A DNA stretch of 64,000 nucleotides from Candidatus Aenigmatarchaeota archaeon (GTDB lineage: Archaea > Aenigmatarchaeota > Aenigmatarchaeia > CG10238-14 > SpSt-28). The first letter of the stretch is position 1. The number at the start of each line of letters is the position of its first letter. Of this stretch, positions 26,716 to 35,280 are shown in pieces. The stretch lies in the NCBI GenBank assembly GCA_039000985.1, contig JAWBMD010000002.1:33578-97577 (forward strand), in the 5' to 3' direction. The position numbers and the translations under genes are program-made. The notes below the pieces were generated by a model. That model ran no database searches. It saw only the letters and a program-made list of their open reading frames with translations, and had not been told where the DNA came from.

Positions 26716-27649
26716 AATATTAGCAATAAACAATATTTGCATAAAAGTTAACGAGAAAAAAATTTTTCTCGATCCAAAAGTTTCAGAGTCATTTTCTTTT
26801 ATTTCACATGCACATGAAGATCATTTGCCAGAATTAATTATTAATGAACCTTATTGTACAGAGGAAACATTCGAATTAATAAAAGTTAAATATCCAAGCT
26901 TCAAAGCAAATATTGTTAAATTTAACAAAAAAATAAAACTTGATGATTTTTCTGTTGAGTTTTTAAGAGCTGGTCATATACTTGGTTCTTCCCAAATTTT
27001 CTTAGAGCTAGATGGTTTGTCAGTTCTTTATACTGGAGATATTAAAACAGTTGATGAATTAACAGCTGGAAAATATCAAACAAAAAATGCTGATACTTTA
27101 ATAATAGAATCAACTTACGGTTTACCTATTTTTAAGTTTCCATCATTAGAGGAAATAATTAATAGCTTAGAAAAAATTTTGAATGAAGAAAATGTGAATT
27201 TGCTTGGCTATCAACTTGGAAAAGCACAAGATATAATAAAAATTTTAAATCTTATGAGTTATGAACCATTTGTATCAAAATCAATAAAAGCTTATTGTGA
27301 AATCTATAAAAAGTTTGGAGTTGATTTGAAATATAGTGATGAACAAACAAACATTTCAGTTAGACCAGCATCATTAATTAAAAAATTTTCTGGCAGAAAA
27401 AATGCAATAATATTTACAGGATGGGCTTTAAGTAGAGAATTTGAAATAGCTGCTTTGCCATTTTCAGATCATTGTGACTTTTACCAGCTTTTAGATTACA
27501 TAATAGAAGTTAACCCAAAAAAAGTCTATGTTGTTCATGGCTTTGTTTATGAATTTTCAAGAGAAATAGAAAAAAACTTAGGAATAGAAACTATACCTTT
27601 TCCTTTCGATACTTTATCCCTATCCTCATTTTTTTCAAGAAAACAATAA
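26708..27649 (+). CDS. Metallo-beta-lactamase-fold / beta-CASP-like nuclease
   Basis: HxHxDH motif SHAHEDH, then GHILGS, IIESTYG and a late FSDHCD motif. Confidence 0.7.
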   Translation: MSEILAINNICIKVNEKKIFLDPKVSESFSFISHAHEDHLPELIINEPYCTEETFELIKVKYPSFKANIVKFNKKIKLDDFSVEFLRAGHILGSSQIFLELDGLSVLYTGDIKTVDELTAGKYQTKNADTLIIESTYGLPIFKFPSLEEIINSLEKILNEENVNLLGYQLGKAQDIIKILNLMSYEPFVSKSIKAYCEIYKKFGVDLKYSDEQTNISVRPASLIKKFSGRKNAIIFTGWALSREFEIAALPFSDHCDFYQLLDYIIEVNPKKVYVVHGFVYEFSREIEKNLGIETIPFPFDTLSLSSFFSRKQ

Positions 27650-30600
27650 ATGTTTTTGCTTTTAATGCTTCCCTTAGTAAATTATTCCTAATAATTGTTA
27701 GATCTTTAATTCTTCCTCTAACTTTTAATATTTCTGATTGATATTTTACCATTATATCATAGAAAGCTTTTTCAGATATTTTTCTTTTAAAGTATTGTTC
27801 CTCAGCGGATTTTCTTGCATTTATTAATTCTTTCTCTTTGCTTGTTAGTGAAATGATTTCTTTTGATAATTTTATGTATGGAACTATTACTTCAACTATT
27901 AAATATGTTGAAAAGAACAAAGCTATTGAAAATGCTATTATTAGGTATTTATAACTAAGCAACAAAAACATCCAATATTTTTTGTTAATTTCTTCCTCCA
28001 ATTCTTTTATTTCTTCGCTTAATTTTTTGTTATAATTAATTAAATCAAGTAAAGCATTATTTGCTATTGAATTTTTTGCATTAATTAAAACATTGTTCAT
28101 TTCATCTATACTTTTTGTTATAGGTACTCCAAAGTTTTTATATTCTTCATATATTTTTTTCAAATCTTTTAATTTTGATTCAAGTTCTTTTAAATCATTT
28201 ATCAAGCCATTTTCCTTTATCTCTATTACTATTGACTCCGAATCAAATGTTTCATCTGAAAATGCATAAAGTATTAGTTTGTATTCTCCTTCAGTTGAAT
28301 TTAAAAATGAATGAACAATAAAAGGTATGTCTCTTCTCTCTCCTGCTCCAAGCTCTATTGTTAAATTATCTTTTATTCCATAAATAGTGCAAGAAGTGCA
28401 ATCAAATAAATATTTAATTGTTAATTTAATAGATGTATAACCGTTGTTAGAAATAGTAGCTATTAAAGTTCTATTTGTTCCAGTTTCAATTAATGCTCTT
28501 GTTTCATTACCTTTAAATTGTATTGAAAATGTTATGTTACATTCTGGAGAAAAAGAACAATAATATGTTTGATTTGGTAAGCAATATTGATTGCAATCCA
28601 ATCTTTCAAAGTACATTTCATATGGCTTACATGGACTTATACCACAACCTTTTTTAATTTCTCTCCCACATTTACAGATTGGAATTTCCGTAGGTGCAGA
28701 AACTCCTGGAGAAGAAGATGGGGGTGGAGCAGGTTGTTGTTGTAAAATTATTGTTCTTAAATTAACAACATGCAAACCAGAATTATTAAAATAATCTGTT
28801 GAATTAATTGTGATATTAAAAGTAGTTCCATATGTATTTGGTGAATAGCATCTATCTATACAGCCATCAAAGCTATATGTATTTAAAGCTTCATTACTAC
28901 ATGCGTTGTAGTAAAATTCTGTTTCGTTATGCAAAACAAGCTCTGAATTTATATTATAACATAAAATATTAACTATAGCATCTTTAATTTCTTTATCTTC
29001 TCTATAATTAAAAATTTTAGCCCTTGGAAGACCTTCTGCACTTTTTATTGTCGTTTTCGGTTGCATTGTTAGCCCTTCAGATGGAACAATTACTTTTATT
29101 TTAAGCAAATTTGTTAACAAAAACAAAAGCGTGTTATTACCAATGTTCCCATACTTTTCTGCTGTTACATTTAATGAATAGCTTTGCAAAGTATAGGATG
29201 GATTTAAAAAGAATTCAGCAGTACCATTTTCACTTATAATATTTGTTTGATTTGTTATATTTCCTAATGAATCTATTAATAAAATTGTTATGTTAGAATT
29301 ACTAACATTAAATGAATTAACATCCCTAACAACAAAAATTATGCTCTCACCTTTGTTAAAAACATTAAATGGTGTTATGAATTCTATGCTATATTTATTA
29401 AAAGCTGTGAAATTACTTTCATCACTATTAACTGTATTAAATGATGAATTTAAATCAGTTGCAAAAATTCTTATTGAATAATTTCCTGTTTCGTTTATTT
29501 GTGTTGAAATATCATCTATTAAAAATTGAAATGCAAACAAATCATTTTCAATTCTTTTCATTGTTACATTTTTTTCAATACCACTTGGAAAAACTAGTGA
29601 AGCATTAACTTCTTTAACAAAAATATTATCAGTTATATTTGCAATTATTTTTAAGCTATCATTTAGATTTGACTTATTTGTTTTTAGTGAAAAGATTTCA
29701 AAGAAAAAATTATTTATTGTAGGTGGTTCTAAATCGAATGGATAAATTGTTATTGAAAAAATTTCAGAATTATTATTACCCATTGATGTATTTGAGGAAA
29801 CATTTAAGAATGTTAAAACAGATTTTTCTGGTTCTCCAAGCAAACTAGCTTTTATATTCCAATTAACACTCGAATAACCTTTCCAAAATATTTCATCAAT
29901 ATATTTAACAAAGCTATCTTCACTTTCTGTTATGTTAATATAGCTTTCGTTCTCGCTATTAAATCTAATTGTTAAATTTCTTAAATCGCCCTTATATGCG
30001 GTAATATTAACATAATATGTTTGATTTTGTCCGGATAGCATTACGGGGTCTGCTTTTATAGTAATAGATGGTATACCAAACTTTACAAAAAATGTTTGAT
30101 TTTTTACTATTATTGAATTGTTCATTAAAGTAACGATATTCGAAAAAACACTATAGTTACCACTTCTTGTAAAGTTAGTAAAATTGTAAGAAAATCTATA
30201 ACAATAACCTAATCTAGGCTCTGTAGCAAAAGCTCTAAATTCATGCAAAGCTACTCCATTTGAAATAGAAATGATAAATTTATATGTTTTAAATGGAGTA
30301 AATTTGTCAAATATTGTTGTTTTTAAAGAATTTGGTATTTGAATGTTTTTTTCAAATGTTTTTACTTGGTTATTTTCATCTATATAGCTTATATTTGCAT
30401 AGCTTGATGAAGAACCAAACCATAATATCTCTATTCTCCTTATTGGGAATATGCTTCTCAATGTTATGTTTATATTATCAATTGCATTAAATGTTGTCCA
30501 GCTCGTTTCATTATTGCTATCTATTGACAAATTTGCATTATTACCATTTAATGAATTAGCAAAAGCACCTTTTTCTAATGAAGCTACATTACCTGTTTCT

Positions 30601-33338
30601 ATTTCTATTCCACAATCTCTAACAGTTTTTACTTCAACTCTATTCGCAAAAAATGTTTCTATTCCAGAATCGAAAGCTTTTAATATTGTGAAATTAACAT
30701 TGCTTATTGTATTATTCCCAACTACATCAACAATTAAATTTGAATATTCGTCGATAAATGTTTGATTATTTTCAATTTTCATATCTAATGGAAATATAAC
30801 TTCAAAAGTTTCATCTATGCTAGTATTTTTAAAAAGAGAAAATAGCTCTACAATCATTCTGTTTAATCCTGAATTATTTGAAAAAGCAGACCAATTTTCA
30901 AAATATTTTGTACCATTTTTTATTGCAATATTTCTTTCGTGAAAGAAATTTTCATTTTTTGTTATATTTAAGTTTGTTTGGTCGAAAATAGTAAGATTAA
31001 AGCTTACATTCCAAATATCTCCGTCAAAAGATTCAGCTATTGTTGTTATGTTAAATGTTTGATTTGTTAATATATGGTAAAATGGTATATAAAAAGATAT
31101 TTTTGGATTACCAAAACTTACATTAAAAGGCTCTGTATCATTTTTTATAAAAGAATATACTGATGAAATGTTTAATCCTACAAAACCAATGTAAAAACCA
31201 CTTCTTTCTGGGGTAAAGTTTAAAGAAAATATATATCTATCATTAATAGTTTCTAAATAATCCATATTAATTGTAATTGTTGTTGGACTTAATGTATTGG
31301 TATCTGTAATATTTAAAAAGCTCGTAGTAAATTTAACTTCATTTATAAATGATGAATTGGAGTCCTTATATATCGAGGCATTTATGATTATGTATTTTCC
31401 ATATAAAATGCTTTTGTTGGATATACTAGTTTCAAAACCAATTATAGTAATTGAAAAATTCGTTGAATTAGATATTCCATTTGAAGGTATAGCTGTTACA
31501 TTAATTAAAACACCTCCAAAATCTATGCTTAATAAATTCCAGAAATTATCTATTGTATAAATTTCTCCATTAGATAAATTGAAAAGTTGATTATAAAAGT
31601 TATTTGAATTCAAAAATAGCTTGGAATAATTGCTACTATTCAAACTCACATTTACATTCCAAACATCTCCCTCAACAGCTTTAAAGCTAACATTAGAAAA
31701 AAATGATTGATTTATTAAAAGTTTATTTTTTGGAAAGTTGAGATTTATTTCTATTTTTCCAAAATCCACAAAAAATGTTGTTGTATTCGCTGCTGTTCTT
31801 GGATTAGCTTCAACCATTACTGAAACAAAGTAATTACCAGATGAATTTGGTATGTAATCTAGATAGTATTCATATAAATCATCTTCATATTTTTTGCTAA
31901 AGCTTAAATTATAATATTCTGTAACAAAAAGGCTTCCAGTAGAATTTACTTTAAGATAAGTTATTGTTGAATTAACAATTTTTATTTCACTCGCATTTGT
32001 TACATTAACAAAAATTCTTATTGGCTCTTTTACTTTTATGTTTGTTGTTTTATTTATTTTTGGCAAGGCTGTTAATTCTAAAAACTTTATCCATGTGCTT
32101 GATTCATTCTGTGAAGAAATAAGATTTTGTTTATAGTAAGTTGATGTATTTCCAAATGTTCTGCATTTTACTGTTATATTTTTAGCAACAGTGATTTTAA
32201 CTGGACGAGTAGCATATCCTGTTCCATTAGTTGTTTTGTTATTATCATCTACACTATAATCTACAATAAAATTAACTGGTTGATTTGGTAATGGTTCCGT
32301 TGATGTATTATCTGCAACTAAACAATCTACATTTACTGTTTCTTCCACATAAGCATATTTATCATATGGTATTATCTCTCTTACCTTAGGAAATGACCAA
32401 AGAGTTAAATTTAATTCAGGAAAAGTTGTGTTATATCCTCCAAATGAGTTATTCGCAAATATTGAAAAATTATAAATACCACCAATTTTATAAATTGGAT
32501 CTGAGCTATTAAAAATGTAATTTATCCAATAGTTATATAAAGGAATATTTAATATAATAGCATGGCTTTTATTTAATGATGTTATATCTCCATATGGTTG
32601 TTTAATGTAAAGAAATGAATGATTAACATCGGTTATCTGGAAAAGTGCTGAAATATTAGCATATTGACCTCTATCTATTTCATATGAAGATAAAGATAAA
32701 TTACTAAATGTTAAATTAAAATATTCAACAATTATAAAAATGTAATCTATTACAAGTGCAACCTTATTATCATCATTGTCATAACCCCTCCAAGATAAAG
32801 CAGCGTTTTTAATTTTATTCAAATGATCTAAATATCGAGTAACCTCGAAACTTTGAACAAATAAACTAGTGTTTGAAAAATTTCTACAAGAGGCTTGGCT
32901 TTCTGGTAATACTACATTGTAAGAAAAATATCCTGTATAATTATTTCCAATAAATAAATAGCATTTATCATTAATATTATCACCCAATGGTGTGCCTGAT
33001 AGATCACAAATACTACCACTTACCTTGCAATCATCAGATTTCATTTGTGCATAAACATTTTTCACATTTATCCAATAATGGATTGGATAATTGGAAAATG
33101 AAACATTTATTCTTCCATATTTTTCAACATTGTAATCAGTAATAGTAAGATATTCATAACTAGAGTCTTCATAGTTAATATTAGTAAGATAACAGTATGG
33201 TGATGGATTACTTGCTTCTATACATTCATAAATTTGAGTTGGTCTAATAGTTAAATTTGCAAATTGAGAGAAAGAAAAAGAAATTAACAAAAAAACTAAA
33301 GCAATCCAACAACCTCCTTTGGTACAAGCTCTTTCCAT
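27591..33338 (-). CDS. Giant (1,915 aa) type I membrane surface glycoprotein
   Basis: N-terminal signal-like CWIALVFLLISFSFSQFA. I counted about 29 NxS/T sequons in the first ~520 residues. It also has a discoidin/F5-8-type-C-like stretch (SIDSNNETSWTT...IRRIEILWFGSSSSYANISYIDENNQ), a Pro-rich linker QQQPAPPPSSSPGVSAP, a Cys-rich segment, a single C-terminal TM (LIIAFSIALFFSTYLIVEVIV) and a ~90-aa cytoplasmic tail. Confidence 0.85.
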   Translation of the reverse strand: MERACTKGGCWIALVFLLISFSFSQFANLTIRPTQIYECIEASNPSPYCYLTNINYEDSSYEYLTITDYNVEKYGRINVSFSNYPIHYWINVKNVYAQMKSDDCKVSGSICDLSGTPLGDNINDKCYLFIGNNYTGYFSYNVVLPESQASCRNFSNTSLFVQSFEVTRYLDHLNKIKNAALSWRGYDNDDNKVALVIDYIFIIVEYFNLTFSNLSLSSYEIDRGQYANISALFQITDVNHSFLYIKQPYGDITSLNKSHAIILNIPLYNYWINYIFNSSDPIYKIGGIYNFSIFANNSFGGYNTTFPELNLTLWSFPKVREIIPYDKYAYVEETVNVDCLVADNTSTEPLPNQPVNFIVDYSVDDNNKTTNGTGYATRPVKITVAKNITVKCRTFGNTSTYYKQNLISSQNESSTWIKFLELTALPKINKTTNIKVKEPIRIFVNVTNASEIKIVNSTITYLKVNSTGSLFVTEYYNLSFSKKYEDDLYEYYLDYIPNSSGNYFVSVMVEANPRTAANTTTFFVDFGKIEINLNFPKNKLLINQSFFSNVSFKAVEGDVWNVNVSLNSSNYSKLFLNSNNFYNQLFNLSNGEIYTIDNFWNLLSIDFGGVLINVTAIPSNGISNSTNFSITIIGFETSISNKSILYGKYIIINASIYKDSNSSFINEVKFTTSFLNITDTNTLSPTTITINMDYLETINDRYIFSLNFTPERSGFYIGFVGLNISSVYSFIKNDTEPFNVSFGNPKISFYIPFYHILTNQTFNITTIAESFDGDIWNVSFNLTIFDQTNLNITKNENFFHERNIAIKNGTKYFENWSAFSNNSGLNRMIVELFSLFKNTSIDETFEVIFPLDMKIENNQTFIDEYSNLIVDVVGNNTISNVNFTILKAFDSGIETFFANRVEVKTVRDCGIEIETGNVASLEKGAFANSLNGNNANLSIDSNNETSWTTFNAIDNINITLRSIFPIRRIEILWFGSSSSYANISYIDENNQVKTFEKNIQIPNSLKTTIFDKFTPFKTYKFIISISNGVALHEFRAFATEPRLGYCYRFSYNFTNFTRSGNYSVFSNIVTLMNNSIIVKNQTFFVKFGIPSITIKADPVMLSGQNQTYYVNITAYKGDLRNLTIRFNSENESYINITESEDSFVKYIDEIFWKGYSSVNWNIKASLLGEPEKSVLTFLNVSSNTSMGNNNSEIFSITIYPFDLEPPTINNFFFEIFSLKTNKSNLNDSLKIIANITDNIFVKEVNASLVFPSGIEKNVTMKRIENDLFAFQFLIDDISTQINETGNYSIRIFATDLNSSFNTVNSDESNFTAFNKYSIEFITPFNVFNKGESIIFVVRDVNSFNVSNSNITILLIDSLGNITNQTNIISENGTAEFFLNPSYTLQSYSLNVTAEKYGNIGNNTLLFLLTNLLKIKVIVPSEGLTMQPKTTIKSAEGLPRAKIFNYREDKEIKDAIVNILCYNINSELVLHNETEFYYNACSNEALNTYSFDGCIDRCYSPNTYGTTFNITINSTDYFNNSGLHVVNLRTIILQQQPAPPPSSSPGVSAPTEIPICKCGREIKKGCGISPCKPYEMYFERLDCNQYCLPNQTYYCSFSPECNITFSIQFKGNETRALIETGTNRTLIATISNNGYTSIKLTIKYLFDCTSCTIYGIKDNLTIELGAGERRDIPFIVHSFLNSTEGEYKLILYAFSDETFDSESIVIEIKENGLINDLKELESKLKDLKKIYEEYKNFGVPITKSIDEMNNVLINAKNSIANNALLDLINYNKKLSEEIKELEEEINKKYWMFLLLSYKYLIIAFSIALFFSTYLIVEVIVPYIKLSKEIISLTSKEKELINARKSAEEQYFKRKISEKAFYDIMVKYQSEILKVRGRIKDLTIIRNNLLREALKAKTFIVFLKKMRIGIKYRKEKV

Positions 33339-34402
33339 TTTTCATTATTTTCTTTTATTAACTTTCTAACATAAGTCCCTCTATAAATATTTCTTGGTTT
33401 TAGCAATAATGGTTCTATTACTTCCTTTTTTCCTTCAAAACATTTTTTTACATGATTAGAGGCTGTAAAAACAATATCAAAATCAAAATTTTTAATACAA
33501 TACTCTGTCCATTTTTCATCATTATTAAAATCTGGTACTTTAACTATTTTCAAATTTTTTCTATTTTTAAAAACTAGTTTTATCATTTTTTCCCTTAAAT
33601 TAGCAGTATATGGATTTCTTGGTTGATTATAATATTGAGCAGAACCTATTCCAACAATAACTTCATCAAATAATTTTAAAGCTTGATTTATTGCATATAC
33701 ATGCCCTAAATGCAATGGTTGGAACCTTCCAATAAAAAATCCCTTTATTTTTAAATTTAAAGCAAATTCTTTTAAAACTTCAGCTGGATTTTTTGCTTTT
33801 ACTATTCCCGAAGAAACCAAAACTCCTCTTGCTCCTAAAATTCTAGATTTCTTAACATCTAATGCAGTTTTTATCCCAGCACCAACTAATAGCTCAACAT
33901 CATTTTTTCTACAAATATCAAAAGCTCTTTTTATTATTTTTGGCTTTGCTGTAGAAACACTAATATCACCGCCAATTAATTCTTTTGGTTCATATGCAAC
34001 ATAATCTGGCTTAAACTTAACTATTTTTTTTATTTGAGAAATTTTGCTTGATAGAACAACTGATGTTAAGCTAAGGTTTTTACAAATCTCAACACATTTT
34101 TTAATTTCTTTTATACTTAATGGTTTTTCTGAATGATTAATCAAAGTACCTTTAATACCAAGCATTTTTAATGAGCTAGCAATAATAGATCCTGTAAATG
34201 AACCAAGATTTTCAATAGGGTCAATATGTTGAGCAAAAACTTTTATTTTACAATTTTTTGCTATTTCCTTTATATCTAAAAAATTTGGAGCAACTATTAT
34301 ATCAACTTTATATTTAGCAGAAATTTTTTCACAAATCTTAGCTAACTTTAAAGCATTTTTATTAAAAGATTCAGCATAATTCTTAAAGTTGACAACAATC
34401 AT
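33296..34402 (-). CDS. Fusion protein: triosephosphate isomerase (N-terminal ~215 aa) + nicotinamide-nucleotide adenylyltransferase (C-terminal ~150 aa)
   Basis: The TIM part has VNFKNY, GTLINHSE, YVAYEPKELIGG and LVGAGI. The NMNAT part has GFFIGRFQPLHLGHVYAI (HxGH), VGIGSAQ and WKELVPKEVV. It is one uninterrupted 368-aa ORF. Confidence 0.8.
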   Translation of the reverse strand: MIVVNFKNYAESFNKNALKLAKICEKISAKYKVDIIVAPNFLDIKEIAKNCKIKVFAQHIDPIENLGSFTGSIIASSLKMLGIKGTLINHSEKPLSIKEIKKCVEICKNLSLTSVVLSSKISQIKKIVKFKPDYVAYEPKELIGGDISVSTAKPKIIKRAFDICRKNDVELLVGAGIKTALDVKKSRILGARGVLVSSGIVKAKNPAEVLKEFALNLKIKGFFIGRFQPLHLGHVYAINQALKLFDEVIVGIGSAQYYNQPRNPYTANLREKMIKLVFKNRKNLKIVKVPDFNNDEKWTEYCIKNFDFDIVFTASNHVKKCFEGKKEVIEPLLLKPRNIYRGTYVRKLIKENNEKWKELVPKEVVGLL

Positions 34403-34433
34403 AATATGATTTTATTTTTCGTAATTTAATATT

Positions 34434-35162
34434 ATGTTAACAATTGTAAGGGAAATAGCATCTCAAATATTTTTTTCTGCTATTAATTTAATCCATAGTT
34501 TTGTAATTAGAAAAAGAATGAATAAAATATGTAGAATTATTAAAAATATTAAATTGAATAATTTAGATAGCATTTTCGATTTTTCTTATAAGTTTTGTAA
34601 TGGCTTAATAAAACCAATGCAAATTAAAGAAGAGTTCATTGAGTTATTAAAAATAGTTAAAAGAGAAAAGCCTAAAAATTTTTTAGAAATTGGAACAGCT
34701 TTTGGCGGAACATTATTTTGCTTTTGCAGAATTTTACCGCAAAACTCAAAAATAATAAGCATAGATTTACCAAATGGTTATCTAGGCAGTGGATACCCTA
34801 AATGGAAACTTCCAATTTATAAATCATTTGCTAACAAAAACCAAAATCTATATTTAATTAGAGGAAACTCACAAAGCAAAACCGTAATAAGCATTATTAA
34901 GAAAATTCTGAATAATGAAAAGCTTGATTTTGTTTTTATAGATGGTGATCATAGATATAATCTAGTTAAAAAAGATTTTTATATTTATAAAAACTTTTGT
35001 AAAAAAGGAAGCATAATAGCTTTTCACGATATATTACCGGATACAATTAGAAAAACAGAAGTTTATAAGTTTTGGAATGAGATAAAAAACCAATACAAAC
35101 ACAAAGAAATTATTTCAAATAAAAATAATAAAGGTTTTGGTATAGGCTTAGTTTATCTTTAA
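34434..35162 (+). CDS. Class I SAM-dependent methyltransferase (CmcI/Methyltransf_24-like)
   Basis: FLEIGTAFGGTL (motif I), ISIDL and DFVFIDGDH. The true start may be the internal Met at ~34518. Confidence 0.6.
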   Translation: MLTIVREIASQIFFSAINLIHSFVIRKRMNKICRIIKNIKLNNLDSIFDFSYKFCNGLIKPMQIKEEFIELLKIVKREKPKNFLEIGTAFGGTLFCFCRILPQNSKIISIDLPNGYLGSGYPKWKLPIYKSFANKNQNLYLIRGNSQSKTVISIIKKILNNEKLDFVFIDGDHRYNLVKKDFYIYKNFCKKGSIIAFHDILPDTIRKTEVYKFWNEIKNQYKHKEIISNKNNKGFGIGLVYL

Positions 35163-35205
35163 AGCTGTTAGAAATATTTGTTTTAAAAATATTCAATATT
35201 TAAGT

Positions 35206-35279
35206 GGGCCCGTAGCTCAGTATGGTAGAGCGGCTGGCTCTTAACCAGTAGGTCGCGGGTTCAAATCCCGCCGGGCCCA
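35206..35279 (+). tRNA. tRNA-Lys (CTT)
   Basis: Acceptor GGGCCCG/CGGGCCC, anticodon loop CTCTTAA, T-arm GCGGG-TTCAAAT-CCCGC. Confidence 0.9.
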
Positions 35280-35280
35280 A

